From Deltaproteobacteria bacterium (GTDB lineage Bacteria > Myxococcota_A > Polyangia > Fen-1088): a DNA stretch of 64,000 nucleotides. Of the stretch, positions 39,094 through 47,883 are shown in pieces (within the stretch, counting starts at the first letter, position 1; every line of letters starts with the position of its first letter). The position numbers and the translations under genes were made by a program. Below the pieces are notes generated by a model. It was not told the origin of the DNA. It worked only from the letters and a program-made list of their open reading frames with translations, and ran no database searches. The DNA is taken from NCBI GenBank assembly GCA_033763315.1, contig JANRKS010000011.1, positions 160,001-224,000 of the forward strand. The letters run 5' to 3'.

Positions 39094-39137
39094 GGTGCGG
39101 AGTCAAACTCCAGTGAGGCGCGCGCGTCGGTTGCTAA

Positions 39138-39153
39138 ATCGTATTATTCCGAT
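39138..39153. promoter_or_regulatory. Probable ArsR operator 1
   Basis: ATCG-TATTATTC-CGAT preceded by TTGCTAA, same pattern as 39607-39622. Confidence 0.6.
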
Positions 39154-39165
39154 AATCTGGCGGCC

Positions 39166-39582
39166 ATGAAGAGCATTCTGTTTCTGTGTGTTGCCAACTC
39201 GGCGCGAAGCCAAATGGCAGAGGGTCTGGCGCGGTCCCTGTTCAGCAGTGACACTCTTGTGCAAAGCGCAGGCAGCGAGCCGTCGAAAGTGAACCCGTAT
39301 GCCATCGAAGTGATGCGTGAGCTTGGCCTGGATCTGACAACGCATCACTCGAAATCGGTTCAGTCGATAGATGCCGCCAAAGTCGACACCGTTATCACTC
39401 TGTGTGCCGAAGAGGTTTGCCCCGCATTCTTAGGTAAAGCCCGCCGCCTGCATTGGCCCATTCCTGATCCGGCCAGCAAAGACGCCTCGCTCCCGCGTGA
39501 GGAAATGTTGACGCGGTTCCGCACCGCTCGCGACAGGATTCGCGGAATGCTTGAGAAGTTCAAACAAGAAGAGGGCCTCTAG
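39166..39582 (+). CDS. arsC: Arsenate reductase, LMW-PTP/thioredoxin type
   Basis: CVANSARS P-loop, TLC.EEVCP, HWP.PDP. Confidence 0.92.
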   Translation: MKSILFLCVANSARSQMAEGLARSLFSSDTLVQSAGSEPSKVNPYAIEVMRELGLDLTTHHSKSVQSIDAAKVDTVITLCAEEVCPAFLGKARRLHWPIPDPASKDASLPREEMLTRFRTARDRIRGMLEKFKQEEGL

Positions 39583-39622
39583 TTGACGGGGACGGCAGGT
39601 TTGCTAATCGTATATCTACGAT
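39583..39622 (+). promoter_or_regulatory. arsR promoter with palindromic operator over the start codon
   Basis: TTGACG at 39583; ATCGTA-TATC-TACGAT at 39607-39622. Confidence 0.7.
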
Positions 39623-39962
39623 GATAGAGCGCACCGAGGAGGCTTGTTGCCCCACCCCTAGTACGAAGCCCGACCTTCGTCCCGTGGAGGGCCCCGAAGC
39701 TGACGAAGAGCTGGCGGCGCTGGCTAAAGCGATCGGCCACCCGGCCCGCGTTCAGATCCTGCGGCTTCTGACCACGAAGTCCTCCTGCGTATGCGGCGAC
39801 ATTGTGGATGAGTTGCCGCTGGCGCAATCAACGGTATCGCAACACCTTAAAGTTCTCAAGGAGGCCGGGCTTATCCGCGGCGACGTCGACGGCCCCCGCG
39901 TTTGTTACTGCATCGAGCCCCGTGCCCTGCGCCGGCTAAAGGTCCTGATCGCGGGAATGTGA
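39621..39962 (+). CDS. arsR: ArsR/SmtB metalloregulator
   Basis: [42 protein letters not shown]; N-terminal CC. Confidence 0.93.
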   Translation: MIERTEEACCPTPSTKPDLRPVEGPEADEELAALAKAIGHPARVQILRLLTTKSSCVCGDIVDELPLAQSTVSQHLKVLKEAGLIRGDVDGPRVCYCIEPRALRRLKVLIAGM

Positions 39963-39966
39963 ACAC

Positions 39967-41055
39967 ATGAACTCAAACGCCGGCCTTCTCAAAAAACTTT
40001 CGTTTCTTGATCGCTACCTAACGCTGTGGATCTTCCTTGCCATGGGGATTGGTGTGGCGCTGGGCTTCCTCGCGCCAGGCTTCACCCGCGCACTGAACAG
40101 CATGAGCGTGGGAACCACTTCGATTCCAATCGCCATTGGCCTGGTTTTGATGATGTACCCGCCGCTTGCCAAGGTACGGTACGAAGAGCTGGGGAAGGTG
40201 TTTCGCAACAAACGCGTGTTGACCCTTTCTTTGGTCCAGAACTGGGTTATGGGCCCACTTCTGATGTTCGGCCTTGCGGTGATCTTTCTGCGCGACAAGC
40301 CCGAATACATGCTTGGCCTGATTTTGATCGGGCTGGCCCGCTGCATAGCGATGGTCATCGTCTGGAATGACTTGGCCAAGGGCGATACCGAATACTGCGC
40401 GGGGCTGGTTGCCTTCAACTCGATCTTTCAGGTTCTCTTCTTTTCCGTGTACGCGTACTTCTTCGCGACGTTGTTACCCACATGGCTCGGCCTGCAAAGC
40501 GCGGTGGTAAACATCAGCATTTCAGAAATAGCAAAAAGCGTCGCCATCTATTTGGGTTTGCCGTTTGCCTTGGGCTTCTTGACGCGCAGGGTGCTTGTGC
40601 GGCTGAAAAGTCGCGAATGGTACGAAAAAAGTTTCATTCCGCGCATCAGCCCCATGACGCTGGCGTCGCTGCTGTTTACCATCGTCGTCATGTTTTCCCT
40701 CAAGGGCGAAACGATTGTGCAGCTTCCTTTCGATGTACTTCGCATAGCTGTGCCGTTGTTCATCTACTTCGTCGTGATGTTCGCAGTCTCGTTCTTCATG
40801 AGCCGCCGCGTAGGCGCTGACTACAAGCAAACGGTCACGCTTTCGTTCACTGCCGCGTCCAACAACTTCGAGCTAGCCATCGCCGTGGCGATCGCCAGCT
40901 TCGGAATTCACAGCGGCGCGGCGTTCGCGGCCGTCATCGGCCCACTCGTCGAAGTGCCGGTGCTCATTGGCCTGGTGAATGTCGCCCTCTGGGCGCAGAA
41001 GCGCTACTTCCCCAAAGCGACCATCGCGGCGCCTGCGTGCCCGCTGCCAGGATAG
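39967..41055 (+). CDS. acr3: ACR3 family arsenite efflux transporter
   Basis: [47 protein letters not shown]. Confidence 0.96.
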   Translation: MNSNAGLLKKLSFLDRYLTLWIFLAMGIGVALGFLAPGFTRALNSMSVGTTSIPIAIGLVLMMYPPLAKVRYEELGKVFRNKRVLTLSLVQNWVMGPLLMFGLAVIFLRDKPEYMLGLILIGLARCIAMVIVWNDLAKGDTEYCAGLVAFNSIFQVLFFSVYAYFFATLLPTWLGLQSAVVNISISEIAKSVAIYLGLPFALGFLTRRVLVRLKSREWYEKSFIPRISPMTLASLLFTIVVMFSLKGETIVQLPFDVLRIAVPLFIYFVVMFAVSFFMSRRVGADYKQTVTLSFTAASNNFELAIAVAIASFGIHSGAAFAAVIGPLVEVPVLIGLVNVALWAQKRYFPKATIAAPACPLPG

Positions 41056-41093
41056 TCGCAATCATCTAACGACCTCAATCACGAGAGAACAAC

Positions 41094-41858
41094 ATGCTTT
41101 CACCTCTACGAACTCGAACATTCGGACATGCTTTTTTGCTCGCCGCTTTCGCAGGCACCTTCGCCGTCTCGGCAGGCTCCTTTTCGCTCGGCATGCGAGC
41201 TCACGCCAAGACGGCGGCTGGCGAGGGAAAGGCGAAGCCAGTCCTGCTTCCTGCTTTGCAGAAGTACGTGCAGGCATTGCCTGCGGCCTTCGATGCGATT
41301 CCAGCCGATCGCAAACCGCAGCTCGAAAAGCTCGCGCTGTTCATAAAGACACAACGAGACTCGGGGCAAACGGCGCGCCTGGTCTTCATTTGTACGCACA
41401 ACTCACGGCGCAGCCACATGGGGCAACTGTTTGCCACGGCCGCCGCGGCCCACTATGGCATTGATCGGGTCGAATCGTTCTCAGGCGGAACTGAAGCCAC
41501 GGCGTTCAACCCGCGCGCCGTTGCGGCGCTCAAACGTGCTGGCTTCTCCATCGACAATCCAAGCGGAGATAACCCTCACTACAAGGTGAAGTTCGCTGAA
41601 GAGCGTCCGGCGGTGGAAGCGTTCTCGAAAAAGTACGACGACGCCTTTAACCCTACCAAGGGTTTTGCGGCCATCATGACGTGTTCGCACGCCGACAAAA
41701 ACTGCCCCACAGTTGCAGGCGCTTCCATTCGCGTTCCGGTTCACTACGAGGATCCAAAGGTGTCAGACGGGACGCCCGAGGAGGCGGCAACCTACGACGC
41801 CCGGGCCAAGCAAATCGCCACTGAACTCTTCTACGTTTTTTCACGCATCAAAGCGTAA
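41094..41858 (+). CDS. LMW-PTP/ArsC-like protein with a predicted signal peptide
   Basis: CTHNSRRS, SGGTEATAF, MTCSHADKNCP, YEDPK; N-terminal basic-hydrophobic-AHA leader. Confidence 0.8.
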   Translation: MLSPLRTRTFGHAFLLAAFAGTFAVSAGSFSLGMRAHAKTAAGEGKAKPVLLPALQKYVQALPAAFDAIPADRKPQLEKLALFIKTQRDSGQTARLVFICTHNSRRSHMGQLFATAAAAHYGIDRVESFSGGTEATAFNPRAVAALKRAGFSIDNPSGDNPHYKVKFAEERPAVEAFSKKYDDAFNPTKGFAAIMTCSHADKNCPTVAGASIRVPVHYEDPKVSDGTPEEAATYDARAKQIATELFYVFSRIKA

Positions 41859-41862
41859 TGCC

Positions 41863-43143
41863 ATGTCTCCCTCGTTGTTCGAAGGGGCCAATGCATGGCT
41901 TACGCAGTCACTGGGCTCCTCGACGGGCGTCTCGAGCTTCCTGCTGTTGATCGTGGCAGGCATCTTGGCCAGCTTGCTGCCGTGCGTGTATCCGCTTTAT
42001 CCGATCACCGCCGCCTTTCTCTCGCGCCGTCAAAGCCGTTTAGGACGGTTGGCGCATCCGCTGGCGTATTACGCCGGATTGGCGCTCATCTATTTCGCAT
42101 TTGGAGTTGTCGCGTCCGTAACAGGCGGCAGTTTCAATGAAGTGCTTCGCCAGCCACTCGCGAATCTTCTCATTGGTGGATTGTTGCTGACCCTGGCACT
42201 CGCTACGGCGGGCCTGTTGCACTTCCCCGCGTTAACCAGCTCGAAGAAATCCGAGGGAAATGGCATTGGCAGCACGCTCTTGATGGGTGCAGGCGCTGGC
42301 CTCTTGTCAAGCGCGTGCGTGGGGCCCGTGGTTGTCAGTATCCTCGTCTCGATTGCAGCTAGCACCACTCGAATCTCGGCCGGCGTTGCGTTGCTGGCTG
42401 CTGTGAAGATGATGCTCTTTGGCCTGGGCGTGGGTCTTCCGTTCCTCCTCATTGGGGTCTTTGGTGTGGCCCTGCCGCGGTCAGGCATGTGGATGGTGCG
42501 CGTGCAAAAGGTGTTTGGAGCGCTCATCGCGTGGTTTGCCACCGGGTATGTTTTCAAGGGCCTGGCCGGGTTTGGTTTCTCCAACCAGGCTTCTTGGGCC
42601 TTGGCAGGTGGAGCGTTGCTTGTGGTAGCCGCCGTCTTTTTCGCACAAGACGCCGCGGCGGTGGTTCACGAGCGAACAAAACGCGCGTTGCTCGCCCTTG
42701 CCGGGGTCATTGGGTTCTTTGTGATAGGCCGAACCCTCATGGCAGGGCAAGCCAGTGCGACGGCCATTCCAGCCACCGCAGCGTTGACCGAGACACACGG
42801 AAACTTGGTGTGGCACCTAGATAAAACCGCTGCCTATGCGGCCGCTGCACAGTCCGGTAAACCCGTGTTTATCGATTTTCACGGAGATTGGTGCACCAAC
42901 TGCAAGGCCTTCCAAGAAAAAGCGTTATCTGATCCAGCGTTGAATGCTGCGCTTGCAGCGGCAACGCTGCTCAAGGTGCGCGACAACACCACGCTGTTCG
43001 AGCAATACCGCGAGGATCCCAGGTTTCCAGAATTGAAGGTGGGACTACCGTTCTTCCTGATCACGGATCCGAAGGAAGCGCTGCTCTACAAAACGAGCGA
43101 CTTCACGAAAACTTACGAGATGACGCTGTTCCTCAGCGAGTGA
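41863..43143 (+). CDS. DsbD/CcdA membrane domain fused to thioredoxin
   Basis: SLLPCVYP and SACVGP membrane cysteines; LPRSG.WM; DFHGDWCTNCK. Confidence 0.88.
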   Translation: MSPSLFEGANAWLTQSLGSSTGVSSFLLLIVAGILASLLPCVYPLYPITAAFLSRRQSRLGRLAHPLAYYAGLALIYFAFGVVASVTGGSFNEVLRQPLANLLIGGLLLTLALATAGLLHFPALTSSKKSEGNGIGSTLLMGAGAGLLSSACVGPVVVSILVSIAASTTRISAGVALLAAVKMMLFGLGVGLPFLLIGVFGVALPRSGMWMVRVQKVFGALIAWFATGYVFKGLAGFGFSNQASWALAGGALLVVAAVFFAQDAAAVVHERTKRALLALAGVIGFFVIGRTLMAGQASATAIPATAALTETHGNLVWHLDKTAAYAAAAQSGKPVFIDFHGDWCTNCKAFQEKALSDPALNAALAAATLLKVRDNTTLFEQYREDPRFPELKVGLPFFLITDPKEALLYKTSDFTKTYEMTLFLSE

Positions 43144-43210
43144 TCTGCGACTGAAAGGAGACGTCTGTCACCACCCCAGAGCCAGAGGAGATGCCGACGG
43201 GCGTCGACCT

Positions 43211-44236
43211 TCACGCTGCCGGCGCTCCGGACGGAGGCAGTGTGACTGCAGGACGTTGCTTCAAGCAGCTGTCTAAACCGACTTGCAGCGCCTTCAAGTC
43301 AACGTGCGTGAACGGCAAGTCTGTACCGAGAGGTGCCAACAATTGTGAACGGCTAAGCACCATCCTGCGTACGCGGCCCTCAAGCGCTTGCAGAGGAACG
43401 CCACCCACACGGGTGTGAACCCACACTCGTGAATCTTCGCTGAAACCGCGGTTGTCACCCATCACGAAAACCTCGTTTGGAAGAACCGTATAGTTGGTGG
43501 CGAAGCTGTCTTCGGGAACCTTGATCGCCAAGAAGGTCTCTGCTCCCAGAAACTCAACCGCTATGCGGCCTACGATGAGTTGGCCGCTAAGCGCGTGAAC
43601 GAACGAGCCCGCGTTGCAGCTGGGGACCTTCCAATCATTGATGGAAATGCTGCCCATGTGAATGCTGATGCGATCACCGGGCAAGCCGATCACCCGCTTG
43701 ACTAGATGGTTCATCTCGTTTGTCCGCCCCTTGGCCGAGAACACCACGACCTCGCCCCGCTTTGGCAGGGCAGGTGTTGCCTTGCTCCAAGGCAATGGCG
43801 CAAATGCCGATTTTTCTGTAAGGATGCGGTCGTCTGGCAGCAAGGTGGGCACCATCGACGTGCTCATCACTTGGTGAGACTCAACCACGCGGGCTCGCAC
43901 AAACACGCTGACGGCTACGACAGCGACTGTCATGCCAACGAGCTTGACGTTCTGCAACGGCTTCGGCGCTTGCGCCTGTGGCTCAAGCGTGCCGCCACCT
44001 GGTAGGTACTTGCGCCAGTAGACCACAAGCCACGAGGTGGTGAGGAACACAAACACCGCTACGGGAACGTCGAGCGTATCGACTCGACGGGCGGCGGCAC
44101 CAATCCAACCGTCCAAGCGGGCGGCGGAAGGCGAGGGCAGCAGCAAACGCATCGCCAGCAAAGTGGCCCCCGCGGGAACCACGATGCGCCAGAACACGCG
44201 CAAGAGGGCGCTCTTGATCCGATCCTTGGTCAACAT
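43211..44236 (-). CDS. lepB: Signal peptidase I paralog (S26) with three N-terminal TM segments
   Basis: STSMVPTL (Ser), RGEVVVF, VKRVIGLPGD (Lys), FVMGDNR..S.DSR. Confidence 0.9.
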   Translation of the reverse strand: MLTKDRIKSALLRVFWRIVVPAGATLLAMRLLLPSPSAARLDGWIGAAARRVDTLDVPVAVFVFLTTSWLVVYWRKYLPGGGTLEPQAQAPKPLQNVKLVGMTVAVVAVSVFVRARVVESHQVMSTSMVPTLLPDDRILTEKSAFAPLPWSKATPALPKRGEVVVFSAKGRTNEMNHLVKRVIGLPGDRISIHMGSISINDWKVPSCNAGSFVHALSGQLIVGRIAVEFLGAETFLAIKVPEDSFATNYTVLPNEVFVMGDNRGFSEDSRVWVHTRVGGVPLQALEGRVRRMVLSRSQLLAPLGTDLPFTHVDLKALQVGLDSCLKQRPAVTLPPSGAPAA

Positions 44237-44253
44237 GGCGTATCGACTTTCCG

Positions 44254-47200
44254 CTAGGGCAATTCTTCGCAGCGGTTGTATTCAGGTTTTGGTCTGCTCG
44301 CTCCCTTGAGGAACTGGTCTAGGTAAGCAAACACAGCGAAGCCTGCATTGGCCGCCCCGCGCGTGGCCCAGATCTTTCGATCCACGAAGTCCGGTTGATC
44401 GCCCCCTCGGATAACCTTTAGCTGAGAGCTTGCGCGGGCGTCGAACCACGATTGAGGACACTCAGGAATGGTTGCGCCCTCGACGCCAGCCAATGGGTTC
44501 TTCTTCATGAACTCATTGAAGAAGGGCCGCTCGGCGGCCGAGGGTGGTGCGATGCACATCGGGAAGTGGTTGTCTTTTGTGATTCCCGTTTGCACACGAC
44601 CCTCGTGGTCGAGAACTTTGGCGTCGGCCGGGAAGGTGTTCGCAAAGAAGAGCGAACTTGCTGGATCGATAGACAAGCTTTCGAGTTTTGAGTCCGCGGT
44701 CCACGCGCCCTGCTTGATCACCACACGAACCACCGGTTTGTTGCCCAGCGAGCAAAGCTTCAGCCACATATCAGCGTCACCGTTGCGGGAGATCAGCGCT
44801 GTCTGCTGGCTCCAGTTGATGCGACCCTTCGAGAACACATTGTTCAGCGACCCAGCTTGATCTTCCGCATTGGCCGTCAACACTTGCAAACAAAGGTCGT
44901 AGGCAAGTTTCAGCATGTTTGGGCTGCCGACCTGTGCCAGCTTGTTGGGCGCACGCTGTTCGCCCAAAACGCCCGTGACGGACACGATGCTCAGCAAGCT
45001 TGGCGGCAAGCTTCGTTCGGTGCCACCAAGAGCCATCCACGATAAGTATCGAGCTGCCCAATCCTCCGGCGTTGCCGTGGGCGTTGCCACAGGCATGAAA
45101 ACCTTTTGTCGATTGCCACCGGCTCCTGTGATCGGGCCAAACAAACCAGACTTGAAGTTCGCGACGCGTGCTTCGCCGCCCGTCATATCCAGAATGGCCT
45201 GTGCCAAGATGCCTGCTGAATCGGCTTGGGGGCCGTGGCAGTTCCGGCAGATCGTGTTGAAGATGGCTTCGCCCGGCCGTTGCATGTAGAGCGAGGCCTC
45301 TGCGGGCGTGCGGCTATCCACCACCCACGAAGGTCGCGCGGTGGCGGGTAAAGATCCCACCTTTGGCACCGATGCCAACTTCGCCGCACATGCCGGCTTT
45401 TCGGCCCACACGCCCAACGGCACTTCGGTAAGCGCGTAGTTTCGTAGCTCGTCGGTCATTCGCACTTCTTTTAGGACATCGGCGACAAACTTCTGGTTGT
45501 CCGGGCCCATGCCATCGACAAGTACCTTCTTCCAAGCACCGTTGCGCGGCGACCAATCGCCCGGCGCCTCGGTCAGATCGGTTGCGAGGAAATGGGCCCG
45601 ATCGGGAACGGCGTCGCGAGGCAGAACGACGTTTTCCTGATCGTCTTTGAGCTCCAGATCGGCGGGAACCAAGGGCGCACCAGGCGCGCCGTTAATTCGG
45701 CGATCCACGATGTCCTGATCCGGGGGGCAATAGTTGTTCTTCTGACTGGCTTCCCATTCAGCCAAACGATCTGCAGCGCGCTGCTCGATCCTTGTCCAAT
45801 CAGGATCCGTCGGCAGGGCCTCCTCATAGGGTTGAGGTTCGGTGTCGAAGGGCGTTTGAACGTTCTCAAACGTCACGCCAGGAACGATCCATTCGTTGAT
45901 TTGCGGTCGCTTTCGCTTGGCCGGTATGCTCACCATCCATTTGGCCATCAGACGTGGGGCGCGGCAGTCGAAACTCGTCGAATGCATGGGCATGTGCGGG
46001 AAGATTGCGAAATCGTCCGCGTAGGTAAAGGGTGTGTCGACGTTACGGTAAAGCAGGCTCCTCCAGGGCGCATGCATGTGCACCACCCATGTTGACTTGC
46101 CAACACACTGTGCGCTTTCAGGGTTGATCAAACAATTGGTCCACTTCGGAATCCAGTTGGCTGTGGGCGCTTCGCTTACAGGGTATTCTGTCAATGAGGG
46201 CGTGATGTACGGCATGGGGATGTCTTGCCCCGCACCGCGCTTGCGAACCTTGCTGTAGCGTTCAAGCGGGAACTGAAAGATGCCGCCATTGTCTTTACGA
46301 GGCAGAAAGTCCAAGGCTTCCTTGAGTTCGGGGTTCTTCGAAGGAAATCCCCGTGGGTTGTGGCAGTGCGCGCAGTTACCCAGAATGTATGCCTGAGCAT
46401 TAAGTTCGTGTTGGTTGCGGGGCTTGCGAGCGCCTTGTGAGTCTTCAAGCAACGTGACTTCAGACGGTGACGTGATGCCGGTAATGATGCCGTAATCTAT
46501 GAGCCGTTGAAGTTGGTTCACTTCGTCGGCGCCTGTGTGCTCATAGGTTCCACCCGTGCCATCAGCGCGGCGGTTCACTTGCAAGGGCGAGAAGCCAAGA
46601 ACGAAGGAGCTCAGAGCCTGGCCGCCCATGTGGCAGTCAATGCAGCGTTGGCTCCCCGGAACCGCGTAATGGCGAAGGAGATCCGGGTTCTCCTCGTTGA
46701 GCGCGAAGCTCAGGTTCGCGGGCTTGCTATCGATGATCTTTTTGGCTTTGGGTTCGTCTTGCACATACGTGAGCAGACGATCGCGGAAGGGTTGACCATT
46801 GCGCAAAGGATCGCGCAGCAACTCTGCCTTGCTTTCATCGTCGTTCCAAAGATACGTACCGAACAACGAATTGATCTTGATGGTGCCATCCGGCGCCACG
46901 GTGTCTGGCCTTGATACGATCACGCGCGTTTCAATTTTGCGGTAGCTTTCTTTGCCGGAAAGATCGATGACCTTCTTCAAGAAGGTTTTGTAGAACCTGG
47001 TGTTGGTGGGAATCTCAAACTCTTGAAGATCTTTGTTGAACTTCACAGATTGACCCCGCGGGACGCGGATGTAGCGAAGTTTTCCGGCCGAGTCGGTCCA
47101 TAAAGGGTACGTTGGGACGTAAGCCACGAGGCCTCGCTGTGCAAGCTCCGCGCTGTCGAAGCTCGTTAGGTCCGTTTGATCGAGCGTCTCCGGGAGGGCG

Positions 47201-47880
47201 GTGGCTGCCGCGAACTTGGTATCCAGCTCGTCCATGGCGGGGGCTTGCTGGGCGAACATAGTGGCCGGGGGAATGCAATTGCCCAGATTTGTGAGTTTAT
47301 CGCCCACGTCCGAAGGCAGCCGATAGCTGTTGGTGCCTTGGCTATTGGTCTTCGGAAGGTTGAACAAGTCTGCAGGGCGCCCCTGGGCCTTCCACAGTTC
47401 TAGGAGTTTGCTGAGTTCCACCACCGGGTCGTTGGCTGGGCGTTGTGAGAAGGGTTTGCCACCCGCCGCGGGCGGGGGCATCACTTTGTTGATGTCTTCG
47501 GACTTGATTGTCGCCAGAACCAGATCATCAATCTTGGTTCGGAAGTTCGTACTTGTGACGTTGAAATCACCTTGGCTGGCATCAATGTGACACGCGCCGC
47601 AGTGAGAACGGAAGAGTCCGAATAGATCCTGCGTGAACATCACAGAAGGCTTGTTCGACGAGGCCCCGCCCATCGCTGACGAACGGGCCACCAGCGATTC
47701 CGACGCGCGTGCCGGTGTGCATGTGAGAGCTTGCGGGGGTGGCGTCCCGGCACCGCCCATATTTGCAACACCCGGTGGTTCTGCGGGAAACGCACCAGGG
47801 CCGCCGGGCGCCGAGCAACCGAACGGCAGGGCTGCTGTCAGCGCAAGAACAGATGTTTGGAGAAGCTTCGATGTTTTCAT
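44254..47880 (-). CDS. 1208-aa tetraheme cytochrome c lipoprotein with an SO2930/HNE_0200-like diheme core
   Basis: Lipobox FGC; CGACH, CIDCH, CAHCH, CRNCH; YPLWTD...K.R...P, KTF, IETR, YLWN, NQLQRL. Confidence 0.8.
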   Translation of the reverse strand: MKTSKLLQTSVLALTAALPFGCSAPGGPGAFPAEPPGVANMGGAGTPPPQALTCTPARASESLVARSSAMGGASSNKPSVMFTQDLFGLFRSHCGACHIDASQGDFNVTSTNFRTKIDDLVLATIKSEDINKVMPPPAAGGKPFSQRPANDPVVELSKLLELWKAQGRPADLFNLPKTNSQGTNSYRLPSDVGDKLTNLGNCIPPATMFAQQAPAMDELDTKFAAATALPETLDQTDLTSFDSAELAQRGLVAYVPTYPLWTDSAGKLRYIRVPRGQSVKFNKDLQEFEIPTNTRFYKTFLKKVIDLSGKESYRKIETRVIVSRPDTVAPDGTIKINSLFGTYLWNDDESKAELLRDPLRNGQPFRDRLLTYVQDEPKAKKIIDSKPANLSFALNEENPDLLRHYAVPGSQRCIDCHMGGQALSSFVLGFSPLQVNRRADGTGGTYEHTGADEVNQLQRLIDYGIITGITSPSEVTLLEDSQGARKPRNQHELNAQAYILGNCAHCHNPRGFPSKNPELKEALDFLPRKDNGGIFQFPLERYSKVRKRGAGQDIPMPYITPSLTEYPVSEAPTANWIPKWTNCLINPESAQCVGKSTWVVHMHAPWRSLLYRNVDTPFTYADDFAIFPHMPMHSTSFDCRAPRLMAKWMVSIPAKRKRPQINEWIVPGVTFENVQTPFDTEPQPYEEALPTDPDWTRIEQRAADRLAEWEASQKNNYCPPDQDIVDRRINGAPGAPLVPADLELKDDQENVVLPRDAVPDRAHFLATDLTEAPGDWSPRNGAWKKVLVDGMGPDNQKFVADVLKEVRMTDELRNYALTEVPLGVWAEKPACAAKLASVPKVGSLPATARPSWVVDSRTPAEASLYMQRPGEAIFNTICRNCHGPQADSAGILAQAILDMTGGEARVANFKSGLFGPITGAGGNRQKVFMPVATPTATPEDWAARYLSWMALGGTERSLPPSLLSIVSVTGVLGEQRAPNKLAQVGSPNMLKLAYDLCLQVLTANAEDQAGSLNNVFSKGRINWSQQTALISRNGDADMWLKLCSLGNKPVVRVVIKQGAWTADSKLESLSIDPASSLFFANTFPADAKVLDHEGRVQTGITKDNHFPMCIAPPSAAERPFFNEFMKKNPLAGVEGATIPECPQSWFDARASSQLKVIRGGDQPDFVDRKIWATRGAANAGFAVFAYLDQFLKGASRPKPEYNRCEELP

Positions 47881-47883
47881 GAA

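Noticed and set aside
39093-39111. TGGTGCGGAGTCAAACTCC resembling a reverse tRNA 3' end (att site) at the ars boundary
   Set aside because: T-arm and acceptor geometry are wrong, there is no second copy and no integrase
44254-47880. Multiheme nanowire or MtrC/OmcS-type call
   Set aside because: Only four CxxCH in 1208 aa; heme density is far too low
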